DNA of 64,000 nucleotides from an uncultured Thermococci archaeon (GCA_964595645.1 CAZQQT010000004.1:1-64000); one strand, 5' to 3'. Numbered from the stretch's first letter, positions 19,335-29,423 are shown. Numbers and translations are program-made. Notes: a model not told the origin generated them from the letters alone.

Positions 19335-19377
19335 CTATAACTTAAAGTACCTTTCTCCGTTCTCAGCACGATCAGTA

Positions 19378-19842
19378 TCAGCCCGTCTCTTCTCTCTTGT
19401 TCTCCGTTTCGTCGCATGTATAACATTTTCCATCATGGACACACAATATGCCCCCACACTCAGGACATGTATACGTTGTTTCCTGTTGTTCAAGAAATGC
19501 ATCAATTCCTCTTCCTTCGATAAATTCGAGATTTTCTACCATAGTCGTGTGATACTTTTCTCTATAACGATTATCGAGTTTTTCAAGGTTCTCACATGGG
19601 AACTCTGCACATTCGAAGCAGTACTCAATCTCCTTATTAGATAATTTTTCGCATTGCTTCTTCAGAAACGCGCATTGTTTATCTCTCGGTCTGCACCCTG
19701 GACAGAGTTTCTTTCTCTTTTTGCCGTTCATTGTATACCCGATATACTCAATACATACTCTACAGTTCATCCCACACGGAGCGATTAACGCTTCTTGCAT
19801 TTTTGTAGTGTTGTTCTTCTCACTACCATGTGGTTTGCTCAT
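19378..19842 (-). CDS. DUF3795-type Cys-rich protein
   Basis: IAPCGMNCRVC, CPGCR, YCFECAEFPC, CPECGG.LCVHDGKCYTC. Confidence 0.85.
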   Translation of the reverse strand: MSKPHGSEKNNTTKMQEALIAPCGMNCRVCIEYIGYTMNGKKRKKLCPGCRPRDKQCAFLKKQCEKLSNKEIEYCFECAEFPCENLEKLDNRYREKYHTTMVENLEFIEGRGIDAFLEQQETTYTCPECGGILCVHDGKCYTCDETENKREETG

Positions 19843-19929
19843 AAGCTCATTTCTAGTACATTCCTATATAATAATCTTTGCCTTTTCTTCTTTCAAAGAG
19901 ATATTCACCAAAATACCTTGGAAAAAAGC

Positions 19930-21435
19930 TTACTCGTTAGTAAAAAATCTGTTCCACTTCCTCCAAGTATGTTCAGCGGGTTTACCTCTGATACCAGCAG
20001 ATTTATCGTGCATGTCCCAGTACATATATCCAAAGGAGAATACTCCAGTGAATATCTGTTCATCATAGATGGCCTGGAAAACGGCTTCATAGGCATCGGC
20101 CTGTTCCTGAAAATCAGTCGGAAACGCTGGATTGTATGGGTACCACTCTGCTACCTCTGATCCCTCGGTGCTCAATTGAAGAGCGCCTGCAGCACCGTCG
20201 TAGGAGGCATATGCGAGTTGCTGGAGAAAAATCGGCTTATTATATCTTTCAGCGATCGGTTGATAGATCTCATCGACGATCTGCTGCGCAGCATCTATCA
20301 TCTCCGAGAGACTTGTCTCCTTCGTTCCTGCCAGCGGCCACCACCACTTATCACCCACCCAATCCATTTGTTTGTGATAATCGTAGGCCTCGTCTGAGTT
20401 GTAGTAATCCGTGGTAATTGTACCAGAATATACCTCACGAATGTGTTCATATGCATTATTGACTAGCTGGTTTACGAGTTTCTTTTGATCTTCTGTCTTG
20501 TCACCCCACCCAAACCACTGCTCAGAGGGGGAGAAAATTTCAATATCATGTTTTTCTGCAAATATTGCTGTCTCTACCATCACAGTTTCCCACTCGTTCG
20601 CTAGCCGACGGTACCACTCATCGGACTGATACTTCGAGAACACTTCCTCAATTTCCATATGTCCCGGATCAGTTTCAACTCCCGCGGAAAGTAAGATCTT
20701 TAAGTCTCTTTTTCTCGCCTCAGAGATGACGTAAGTGAGTTCTTCCTCTGTATACGTGTTGAGGGCATCATGGCTGAATTTCAGTGGATTGCCACCTACA
20801 AAAAACGAAGGAGCATATGTAATACTAACATAGTCAAATCCCTTTTCCTTTATCCGATCAAAAGTTGAAGGCACATGTTCTATGAAAATCTCATCAAAGT
20901 AATCCAACATGCCCATACCAATTACAAATTGTTCTTCTCTCTGTGGTGTCTCGCTGGGGATAAAGGAAGAGAGATCCACTGTTGGCGGCTCTTCAGATAA
21001 CCAACGCCATTTTTCAACTTCATCATGGATATATTGCGATTTTTCAGCGACATCGATAGATCGTCTTGCATCTTTACTGTCTGGAGAAAACTCTTCATCG
21101 ATGGCAAAGCCATAGTTATTACGATTATATTTATACGTCAACTGCTGATTTGGAGACACTGTCACCGTCGTGGTCCAGACGTACTGCGTCTTCCTGTCCA
21201 TTGGCACTCCGCCTCTTGGAGGATGATAATGCCCATCGATATACACATAGATGATATCCTCTTCTGGAGTCCATTTGGGAACGGTGACCACAAATGTTAC
21301 CGCTACATTGCCATCAGCTGTTTTGCACGGTGTTTCAGTCTGTGCCACTGTTTTCTGCGGTGATTCTTCTCCACGATCTGCACAGCCCACAGCTGCCACG
21401 ACGAAAATGATAAGAAGGAGTGTTAATTTTTTCAT
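19930..21435 (-). CDS. Lipoprotein with CBM20-like domain and GH113-like TIM barrel
   Basis: MKKLTLLLIIFVVAAVG-C lipobox; VTFVVTVPKWTP..YKYNR (starch-binding-like); KPIFLQQLAYASYDGA, QEQADAYEAVF, IRGKPAE as in GH113-like barrels. Confidence 0.75.
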   Translation of the reverse strand: MKKLTLLLIIFVVAAVGCADRGEESPQKTVAQTETPCKTADGNVAVTFVVTVPKWTPEEDIIYVYIDGHYHPPRGGVPMDRKTQYVWTTTVTVSPNQQLTYKYNRNNYGFAIDEEFSPDSKDARRSIDVAEKSQYIHDEVEKWRWLSEEPPTVDLSSFIPSETPQREEQFVIGMGMLDYFDEIFIEHVPSTFDRIKEKGFDYVSITYAPSFFVGGNPLKFSHDALNTYTEEELTYVISEARKRDLKILLSAGVETDPGHMEIEEVFSKYQSDEWYRRLANEWETVMVETAIFAEKHDIEIFSPSEQWFGWGDKTEDQKKLVNQLVNNAYEHIREVYSGTITTDYYNSDEAYDYHKQMDWVGDKWWWPLAGTKETSLSEMIDAAQQIVDEIYQPIAERYNKPIFLQQLAYASYDGAAGALQLSTEGSEVAEWYPYNPAFPTDFQEQADAYEAVFQAIYDEQIFTGVFSFGYMYWDMHDKSAGIRGKPAEHTWRKWNRFFTNE

Positions 21436-21536
21436 ATATCTCATGCTCTTGTCTGTAACATTCCTTTATATTTTTTGTTATTATTTATTGAAGAAAGTCA
21501 ATAACCTTTTTTAATCTAAAGCTCAGCACTTGACTA

Positions 21537-22124
21537 ATGAAGATCCCATTCCGTAAGATCCTCTACTCGATACTCCTCATCCTTCTCGTCCTCTACCCCA
21601 ACCTTTACCTTGCAGGAAAACAAGCCGTAAATCAGGTGGAAGGAATGGAGTCTCTCATAGACCCAAGAGACCCGAAAGTTGTAGAGATGGGAGAGTATAT
21701 ACGTACTCACAATCTCAATGCAGAGGAGTACGTATACTCTACCATAGAATGGGCATCAGATTATGACGTGTACTGGAATTTAGAGTATTGGGCATCGCCG
21801 AAAGAAACAATCGAAAAAGAAAAGGGAGACTGCGAAGATAGAGCAATTCTCCTGAAGTCAGTAGAGGAATATCTTCAAATCACCTCAGAAATCGTTGTAC
21901 AAAAAGATCACGTCTATGTGTTAAAAGACAACGTGCCATATGGTGGTGTGTCCAACACTGAATCGTATAGAACGGTAATATGGAACGTGATAAAACGTAT
22001 CCCTTTTATAAGGAAAATAATAATTATTGTCGGTCTTTTCATGATATGGGGTGGATATACACAATTGAAACAAGTTAAAAGGAACTATCTGTCTAAAGAT
22101 ACAGAAACACACAAGACTTTATAA
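21537..22124 (+). CDS. Membrane-anchored transglutaminase-like (cysteine protease fold) protein
   Basis: YWASPKET....GDCEDRAILL, HVY; N- and C-terminal hydrophobic segments. Confidence 0.8.
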   Translation: MKIPFRKILYSILLILLVLYPNLYLAGKQAVNQVEGMESLIDPRDPKVVEMGEYIRTHNLNAEEYVYSTIEWASDYDVYWNLEYWASPKETIEKEKGDCEDRAILLKSVEEYLQITSEIVVQKDHVYVLKDNVPYGGVSNTESYRTVIWNVIKRIPFIRKIIIIVGLFMIWGGYTQLKQVKRNYLSKDTETHKTL

Positions 22125-22146
22125 AACAAAGTAGCATATCTCAGGT

Positions 22147-23781
22147 ATGAAGATTACCATTGCACAGATGAATCCGCTGATCGGTGACATCGAGGGTAAC
22201 ATAACAAAAATGAAGGATGTGGTGAAAAAAAGCAGTGGAGAGTTGATTATTTTTCCGGAACTTTCCTTCATCGGATACCCGCCTCGGGATCTTCTCGAGA
22301 AAAAGAAATTTGTAACTACGGCAATGAAAGGTCTTCAGGATATACTCGAATTTTCAGAAGGTACCCCCGATAGAGGAATTCTGTGCGGGACTGTCCTTCC
22401 CACAGAAAAGAAACATGGTACAGGACTGTATAACTCAGCAGTGCTCGTGCATAATGGCAAGATGTATGGAACACAACATAAATCGCTTCTGCCCACCTAC
22501 GATGTATTCGACGAAGCGCGATACTTCGATCCTGCTTCCCATATCGATCCCGTCCCATTTAACGATGAAACGCTCGGTATCTCTATCTGTGAGGACGCGT
22601 GGAACAATCCAGAACTGTGGTCAGGGAGACGGTACCAAGAAGATCCTATTTCCATACTTGCAGAAAAAGGAACTACGCTTTTCATTACGATCGCAGCCTC
22701 TCCCTTTACTGTAGGAAAAGAAACCACGCGTATGAATCTTATAAGTTCTCATGCGAAAAAATATCACACACCATTTATCTTTGTTAATCAGGTGGGCGGT
22801 AACGACGAGCTTATTTTTGATGGAAGAAGTATGTATGTCGATGAAAATGGTAATCTCATCGAAATTTTCCCTTCATTTGAAGAATTCACCAGAACAATTT
22901 CCCTTTCCAAAAGAATCCCTATCTCTTTTACACCCGAGAAGAAATTACCCTCCGTGTACCATGCCCTGGCACTCGGTGTCCGTGACTACATGAAAAAGTG
23001 TGGATTTAAAAAAGTGGTACTTGGACTCTCCGGTGGTATAGACTCCTCTGTGGCATGTTGTATTGCGGCGGAGGCAGTGGGACATGAAAACGTCCTCGGC
23101 GTGTCCATGCCCTCCCCATACTCCTCAGAGAGCAGTGTGACGGATGCACAGAAACTCGCAGAAAAACTTCACATTGAGTTCACCGTGATTCCGATATCCA
23201 CCATATTTTCGTCCTATCTCGAAACGTTGCGAGAGCAGTTCGAAGGAATGGAAGAGGATGTAACAGAAGAAAATATCCAGGCGCGAATCCGTGGAAACAT
23301 TCTTATGGCGTTGTCCAATAAATTTGGACACCTAGTGCTCTCTTCGGGAAATAAAAGCGAACTCGCAGTAGGATACTGCACGCTCTACGGTGATATGACC
23401 GGAGGACTCGGTGTGCTCTCCGATGTCCCTAAAACAATGGTATACGAGCTCGCTCACTACATAAATAGAAAGGAAGAGATAATTCCACAAAATGTTATTG
23501 AAAAACCCCCGTCGGCAGAGCTCAGACCGGATCAGGTGGACCAGGACACACTGCCACCGTACGAAATTCTCGATAGAATACTACGTCTCTATATCGATGA
23601 AGGCCGTTCCTCAGACGAGATCATCGACAAGGGGATCGATCCTGAGACAGTACAATGGGTACTCAACGCCGTGAAAAAAAATGAGTATAAACGAAAACAA
23701 GCCCCTCCAGGACTGAAAGTAACAACGAAAGCATTCGGTATGGGAAGACGAATGCCTATTGCCGCAAAGTATAAAATGTAA
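22147..23781 (+). CDS. nadE: Glutamine-dependent NAD+ synthetase
   Basis: Nitrilase-like domain (FPEL, K.LLP.YDVFDE, ICEDAW) fused to GLSGGIDS, ENIQARIRG, PPSAEL. Confidence 0.96.
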   Translation: MKITIAQMNPLIGDIEGNITKMKDVVKKSSGELIIFPELSFIGYPPRDLLEKKKFVTTAMKGLQDILEFSEGTPDRGILCGTVLPTEKKHGTGLYNSAVLVHNGKMYGTQHKSLLPTYDVFDEARYFDPASHIDPVPFNDETLGISICEDAWNNPELWSGRRYQEDPISILAEKGTTLFITIAASPFTVGKETTRMNLISSHAKKYHTPFIFVNQVGGNDELIFDGRSMYVDENGNLIEIFPSFEEFTRTISLSKRIPISFTPEKKLPSVYHALALGVRDYMKKCGFKKVVLGLSGGIDSSVACCIAAEAVGHENVLGVSMPSPYSSESSVTDAQKLAEKLHIEFTVIPISTIFSSYLETLREQFEGMEEDVTEENIQARIRGNILMALSNKFGHLVLSSGNKSELAVGYCTLYGDMTGGLGVLSDVPKTMVYELAHYINRKEEIIPQNVIEKPPSAELRPDQVDQDTLPPYEILDRILRLYIDEGRSSDEIIDKGIDPETVQWVLNAVKKNEYKRKQAPPGLKVTTKAFGMGRRMPIAAKYKM

Positions 23782-23804
23782 AAATAAAAAATCGAAAAAT
23801 CTAT

Positions 23805-23888
23805 TTATTTACAGCGTCCTTTCTTTTCTTTCTTCTTTTCTTTCTCTTTCTTCTTTTTTTCCTTCTTTTTCTTACATCCATTTCCCAT
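23805..23888 (-). CDS. 27-aa Lys-rich micro-protein MGNGCKKKKEKKKKEKEKKKEKKGRCK
   Basis: Not in ORF track. GAGGTGA RBS 5 nt before ATG, TTTTAAATA TATA box at about 23930-23922, oligo-T run after the stop. Confidence 0.65.
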   Translation of the reverse strand: MGNGCKKKKEKKKKEKEKKKEKKGRCK

Positions 23889-24037
23889 AGTATTCACCTC
23901 ACACATCATTATGAACATACATATTTAAAAGTTAGGGAAACCTCAACCAAATTCTTGGCTTTTTTATTCCTTGTACGAATAAAATATCCTAAAAACATGG
24001 AAAGTTTTTTATATGCACCAAAAGTTAAGACTCGGTA

Positions 24038-26005
24038 ATGCACGCAAAATACCTCGTCACATCGGCATTACCGTACGTCAACAACGTCCCCCATCTAGGG
24101 AATCTCATCCCCATCCTTTCAGCGGATGTGTTCTCAAAATTCCTCAAAATAAATGGTAAAAAGGCCATCTATATCTGTGCTACAGATGAACACGGCACGA
24201 GAACAGAGATAGAAGCTGAAAAACGAGGTATGGATCCTGACGAGTACTGTAAGATGATGCACAGAAGAATACTGGACATCTTTGAATGGTTAGGTGTGGA
24301 GTTTGATCACTTTGGACGCTCTTCGAGTAAAGAGAACTGTGAGCTTACTCAGCATATATTTCTAAAACTCCATGAAAACGGTTATGTTTTCGAGAAGGAG
24401 ATAGAACAGCTGTACTGCGAAAATTGTGAGAGATTTTTACCTGATACCTATGTTGTGGGGGAGTGTCCCCACTGCGGTAGTCCAAATGCAAGAGGTGATC
24501 AGTGCGATGAATGTACGCAACTCCTCGATCCCACAGAGCTGATAGAACCACAGTGTATCCTCTGTGGATCCACCCCCACTCTAAAAAAGTCAACCCACCT
24601 CTACCTCGATCTTCCACAACTGGAAGGGAAGGTAAAAAAATGGATAGAATCCAAGGAGTGGACGGGTATCACCAAAAATCTTCCGCTTTCATGGATAGAG
24701 AAAGGGTTGGAGCCCCGGTGTATCACACGGGATTTAACATGGGGTGTCCCGGTACCGCTGGAAGAGTACAGAGACAAAGTATTTTACGTGTGGTTCGACG
24801 CACCGATCGAGTATATTGGATCCACTTACGAGTATACAAATGAGTGGAGAGACTGGTGGTTGAATCCGGAAGAGACAAAGCTCTACTGCTTCATGGGGAA
24901 AGACAATATCCCCTTCCACACACTGATCTGGCCCTCTTCTCTGCTGGGAACTGAAGAAAACTGGCTACTCCCCCACAAAATAGGCTCAAATGAGTATCTA
25001 AACTATGAAGGCGGTCAGTTCAGCAAATCACAAGACAAAGGTGTATTTGGCGACGATATCATGGAACTTGACATCTCCCCCGATCTCTGGAGGTTCTATC
25101 TCATGAGCATCAGACCATTCACCAAGGATACAGACTTTGAATGGGAGGGATTCCAGGAACACGTGAACAACAATCTCGTCGGGAACCTCGGGAACTTCCT
25201 ATATAGAAGTCTCTCCTTCACAAAGAAACGTTTTGGTACTATTCCTGAAGTGGAAAGCGACAAAAAGATTATCAACGAAGCGTTTGAGCTTCTGGAAACG
25301 TATAAGGAGGAGTTCTGGAATCTACGATTTAAAGAGGCAGTGAAAATACTCTTAAAAATATCAGATCTTGGAAATCAGTACTTCCAGAATAATGAACCAT
25401 GGAAACTTATAAAGGAAGATAAAGAAGCCTGTAAAAAGGTGTTGCGAACAACAAGCGAGCTTTGTGTACTTCTTGGCGCGGGAATGTATCCTGTGATCAC
25501 AGCATCAGCTCGGAAACTATGGCATCAGCTCGGATTTAAAGAAAAAATAGATAATGAAACTATGGATGATCTCAGCCTTAATATTGGAGGGCAGGATCTT
25601 GGTGAGATATCCACTCTCTTTAAAAAGATAGATGAGAAAAGTTTAACGAAGTATAAAGAAAAGTTTAGAGGTAAGAAAGGTGAGAAAATGATAAGCTTTG
25701 ATGAATTCAAGAAAGTGAACATAAAAGTTGGAGAAGTTACATCCGCAGAGAAGATAGAGGGCTCTGATAAGCTCTTAAAACTGAAGGTGGACATAGGAGA
25801 AGATAGACAACTTGTCGCCGGACTCGCAGATTACTACGCACCGAAAGAACTTATAGGAAAAAAAGTGCTAGTCGTCGCAAACCTAGAGCCTGCGACACTC
25901 TTTGGTGTTGAGTCACAGGGGATGATCCTCGCTGCCGTGGAAGATGACACAGTCTCATTGGCCACAGTAGATAAGGACGTGGCAAACGGTGCACCCATTG
26001 AGTAA
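24038..26005 (+). CDS. metG: Methionyl-tRNA synthetase with C-terminal tRNA-binding OB domain
   Basis: ALPYVN..PHLGN, TDEHG, Zn knuckles, YVWFDA, GKDN, FSKS; C-terminal SDKLLKL..GVESQGMIL. Confidence 0.97.
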   Translation: MHAKYLVTSALPYVNNVPHLGNLIPILSADVFSKFLKINGKKAIYICATDEHGTRTEIEAEKRGMDPDEYCKMMHRRILDIFEWLGVEFDHFGRSSSKENCELTQHIFLKLHENGYVFEKEIEQLYCENCERFLPDTYVVGECPHCGSPNARGDQCDECTQLLDPTELIEPQCILCGSTPTLKKSTHLYLDLPQLEGKVKKWIESKEWTGITKNLPLSWIEKGLEPRCITRDLTWGVPVPLEEYRDKVFYVWFDAPIEYIGSTYEYTNEWRDWWLNPEETKLYCFMGKDNIPFHTLIWPSSLLGTEENWLLPHKIGSNEYLNYEGGQFSKSQDKGVFGDDIMELDISPDLWRFYLMSIRPFTKDTDFEWEGFQEHVNNNLVGNLGNFLYRSLSFTKKRFGTIPEVESDKKIINEAFELLETYKEEFWNLRFKEAVKILLKISDLGNQYFQNNEPWKLIKEDKEACKKVLRTTSELCVLLGAGMYPVITASARKLWHQLGFKEKIDNETMDDLSLNIGGQDLGEISTLFKKIDEKSLTKYKEKFRGKKGEKMISFDEFKKVNIKVGEVTSAEKIEGSDKLLKLKVDIGEDRQLVAGLADYYAPKELIGKKVLVVANLEPATLFGVESQGMILAAVEDDTVSLATVDKDVANGAPIE

Positions 26006-26037
26006 ATCTTTTTATTCTTCTTTTTCAATATGCTAGC

Positions 26038-27243
26038 ATGAATGCATTAGTTCTCGCAGCCGGGTTGGGCACACGGCTACAACCATTGACAACCACACGA
26101 CCGAAACCGTTAATCACGGTGGGTGGAAGAGCAATTATCGAGTATATTATAGATTCTTTGAAAGATTTTGATGAAATAAGCGTTATTGTAGGATATAAAA
26201 AGGAGCAACTAAAGGATTACATCGTACAGTATGTGAATGAAAAAGGATACGACGTGAACACACAATTTATCGTGCAGGAGGAAGTAAACGGCACGGCATC
26301 CGCCATCTCGCTCTCTCCCTACGACGAGTTTCTCTGTGTGAACGGTGATGTCTTTTTTGAAGCTTCGCTCATCCCCCAAGTTCTCGCATATTATAGGCGA
26401 TATAACAAACCTGTAATAAGCGTGAAAGGGGTTGAAAATCCTGAAAAATACGGTGTAGTCCAGAAAAATGGAAATAATTTTGTGAAAATCCATGAGAAAA
26501 AAAAGAATCCTCCATCGCAGCTGGCGAATATCGGTGTCTACTTTCTCACCGCCGAGGTACTGGATGCCATCGATACTGTGGAGAAATCCTCTCGAGGTGA
26601 GTACGAAGTTACCGACGCATTGAATAAGTGTGAGGCCAAAGTACTGGAATACCGCGGATTTTGGAATGATATCGGCTATTTTTGGGATGTACTGAACACA
26701 CACGAGTTTCTCATGGCCCGCACAGAACATAAAATTCTGGGAGAGGTACGAAAGAATGTCACCATCATTCCCCCGGTGTCAATAGACGAAGGCACTGTAA
26801 TAAAGGAAGGAAGCTATATCCAGGGGCCTGTCATAATAGGAAAGAACTGCACCGTTGGGCCGAACTCTTTTATCCGTAAAAATACCGCGGTAGGAGATGG
26901 ATGTCGTATCGGAATGAGCGAGGTAAAAAACTCAATTATTTACAACAACTCAAATGTACCCCACTTCAACTACGTCGGCGACTCGATTATCGATGAAAAC
27001 TGTAACCTCGGTGCTGGCACAATCGTCGCAAATCTTCGGTTCGACGATAAAACCGTTATGATGGAGATAAAAAACAAACGGATAAACTCTAAACGGAGAA
27101 AAATCGGCTGTGTGATGGGCAGCAACACACAAACAGGAATCAACGTGACCATCTACCCCGGGAGAATCATTGGGAACTCCTGCCAGATATATCCCGGCAG
27201 GATCGTGGATAAAAATATCCCGGATAACACAGTTTTTAGGTGA
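26038..27243 (+). CDS. glmU: Bifunctional sugar-1-phosphate nucleotidylyltransferase/acetyltransferase (archaeal GlmU type)
   Basis: LAAGLGTRLQPLT..RPKPL, RGEYEVTDA, hexapeptide repeats, PHFNYVGDS, GAGT..ANLRFD. Confidence 0.88.
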   Translation: MNALVLAAGLGTRLQPLTTTRPKPLITVGGRAIIEYIIDSLKDFDEISVIVGYKKEQLKDYIVQYVNEKGYDVNTQFIVQEEVNGTASAISLSPYDEFLCVNGDVFFEASLIPQVLAYYRRYNKPVISVKGVENPEKYGVVQKNGNNFVKIHEKKKNPPSQLANIGVYFLTAEVLDAIDTVEKSSRGEYEVTDALNKCEAKVLEYRGFWNDIGYFWDVLNTHEFLMARTEHKILGEVRKNVTIIPPVSIDEGTVIKEGSYIQGPVIIGKNCTVGPNSFIRKNTAVGDGCRIGMSEVKNSIIYNNSNVPHFNYVGDSIIDENCNLGAGTIVANLRFDDKTVMMEIKNKRINSKRRKIGCVMGSNTQTGINVTIYPGRIIGNSCQIYPGRIVDKNIPDNTVFR

Positions 27244-27247
27244 TTCA

Positions 27248-28306
27248 ATGAACATACAATCATATCTGAAAACGAAAAAAAAATTGATAGATACTATACT
27301 GGAAACCCATATACCACGGAGATTTAGTAAGAAGGATATGGAAATGCTCCTCGGCGAGGAAAAGTACGCCTTCGATACAGATGCAGCTAACGGTGCCATT
27401 GCAGAGCCCGTCTGGAACTTCCTGGACAGAGGGGGAAAACGGTGGAGACCTGCACTTTTCCTCCTTCTCACCGAAGCATTAGGCGGTAACCCGGAAAAGG
27501 TAAAGGATTTCACCGCGCTGATAGAGTTCGTCCACAACGGAACAATTATTGTCGACGATATTGAGGATGATTCTTCGTTACGGCGGGGAGAAAAATGTCT
27601 TCACCATCTTTACGGAAAGGACATCGCAATCAATCTGGGAAACGCCATCTACTTCATCCCATTGAAGATCATCATGGATGCGGATATCGATATGACGACC
27701 AAAGAGAAAGCCTTTGAGATCTACGCAGAGGAAATGATCAATCTTCACGTCGGCCAAGCCATGGACATTTTTTGGCACAAAGGAGAAAAGACGGATGTGA
27801 CGGAGGATCAATATCTTCAGATGGTGAGTTTCAAGACGGGGACGCTGGCACGATTTGCCGCCCGATTGGCTGCACTTCTGGCCGGCACGGACAAGAAAAC
27901 ACAGAAAACACTGGGGAGAATGGCAGAAACCATCGGTATCGGTTTCCAGATTCAGGACGACATTCTTGATGTAACTTCAGAAGAACGGGAGAAGTTTGGC
28001 AAGGCATTTGGCAATGATATCACGGAGGGGAAACGATCGTTAATGGTTATCCACGTCCTTGAAAACGGCAGCGCGGAGGACAGGGCGCGGCTTCTAGAGA
28101 TTCTCAACGCCCACACCCGTGATAAAGAACGTATCAAAGAAGCCATCGCGATCCTGAAAAAATACGATTCGATAACTTACGCCAAGAAAAAGGCCAGAAA
28201 CATGCTTGAAAACGCGTGGGATGATGCAGAAAAGGTACTGCCAGAGTCCGAGGCGAAAGATACACTGGCGTCCTTTATGGAGTATCTCATCGAACGTGAT
28301 GTATAG
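27248..28306 (+). CDS. Trans-polyprenyl diphosphate synthase (GGPP synthase type)
   Basis: GGKRWRP, DDIEDDS..RRG, GQAMD, KTG, FQIQDDILD, DITEGK; start ATG 27248. Confidence 0.93.
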   Translation: MNIQSYLKTKKKLIDTILETHIPRRFSKKDMEMLLGEEKYAFDTDAANGAIAEPVWNFLDRGGKRWRPALFLLLTEALGGNPEKVKDFTALIEFVHNGTIIVDDIEDDSSLRRGEKCLHHLYGKDIAINLGNAIYFIPLKIIMDADIDMTTKEKAFEIYAEEMINLHVGQAMDIFWHKGEKTDVTEDQYLQMVSFKTGTLARFAARLAALLAGTDKKTQKTLGRMAETIGIGFQIQDDILDVTSEEREKFGKAFGNDITEGKRSLMVIHVLENGSAEDRARLLEILNAHTRDKERIKEAIAILKKYDSITYAKKKARNMLENAWDDAEKVLPESEAKDTLASFMEYLIERDV

Positions 28307-28347
28307 ATAACAAAAACCGTTAAATAGTGTGGAAGGAAAGAAAAAAT

Positions 28348-28814
28348 ATGAATGATCTTACCCGTGTGACCTACTGCAGTCTTTACTGCGATCTCTGCGG
28401 TGAACGAGGGCGCATTCCTCACCGTGCCAAGCCCTGAGAGATGCAATGAGAAAAGAAGGCTATGATCAGTGGGGCAGAGAAATTCCTCATTTTAACGAGT
28501 TCTGGGAGTTCTTGCAGGATCTCTGTGATCCCAAGGAAGCCTGTCCTGGATGCCGACAGGACGGTGGGCCGCCATTTTGTGGGATCAGGAAGTGTGCCAG
28601 GAAAAAAGGAGTTGAGGTATGTGTGTTCTGTAAAGAGTATCCATGCAGTAAAATCCACGAACTCGCAGAAGGATACCCAACACTCATCCCTGATGGGCTC
28701 CGAATGAAGGAAATAGGAATCGATGAATGGATAAGGGAACAGAAAGAATGTGCAGCTACAGGGTTTGTATACGCTGATATTCGGTGCTATCCTTATGAAG
28801 TTCCAGAGGAATGA
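28348..28814 (+). pseudogene. DUF3795-type Cys-rich protein with 1-nt frameshift
   Basis: ATG 28348 MNDLTRVTYCSLYCDLC...RIPHRAK then stop; adding one base near 28430 joins it to ALRDAMRKEG...CPGCR...CGIRKC...CVFCKEYPC. Confidence 0.75.
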
Positions 28815-28821
28815 ATCCACA

Positions 28822-29286
28822 ATGCCAGAAACACACCGTGCACCGTGGGAATGCGTCTACGCTAAAGAGGAAGAGAGTACCTGCAGACCGGGAAGAGAGC
28901 TGCAATCAGATCAGGAATACTTCGAAATTTTGTGTTTGTGCATTTTGCAAGCGGGATTAAATTGGGGTACGGTGAGAAAGAACTGGCCAACGATTAGAGA
29001 AGGATTTTACGGGTTTAGTATTTCCGTCCTTTCCGCGAAACCTGTAGAAACAGTGCTCGATCGTGCTGGGGTCTATAACAATACCCGAAAAGTGAAGGCG
29101 ATTATCGCCAACGCACGAGAATTTGAAGAAATTATAAACAAATATGGAAGTTTTTCTCGGTTTTTGGTGTCTTTAAGAGATTTAAATAAAAGAGAAACAG
29201 TGAAAGAATTCGTCGATAGGTTTGCACACGTGGGAGAGTACACAGCGAAGTACTACCTCCACGCAGTGGGATTCTGGAAAGAGTAA
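28822..29286 (+). CDS. DNA-3-methyladenine glycosylase I (Tag)-like protein
   Basis: DQEYFEILCLCILQAGLNW, N.RKVKAIIANA, YGSF, F.HVG..TA..YL.AVG. Confidence 0.8.
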   Translation: MPETHRAPWECVYAKEEESTCRPGRELQSDQEYFEILCLCILQAGLNWGTVRKNWPTIREGFYGFSISVLSAKPVETVLDRAGVYNNTRKVKAIIANAREFEEIINKYGSFSRFLVSLRDLNKRETVKEFVDRFAHVGEYTAKYYLHAVGFWKE

Positions 29287-29289
29287 CTT

Positions 29290-29386
29290 CAGGATCTTTA
29301 TTTAACATTTCGAATTTTTTCTTTAGATAATCTTTTTTAAATCCTTGTTTCAAATATTTTTCAATCAATTTTTTATCTTCTTCCAT
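29290..29386 (-). pseudogene. Truncated gene at island edge
   Basis: AT-rich MEEDKKLIEKYLKQGFKKDYLKKKFEMLNKDP frame continues into antisense of tag. Confidence 0.4.
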
Positions 29387-29423
29387 TGAATATAAATTAG
29401 TTTTTCTTTAATAAATAAATTAA

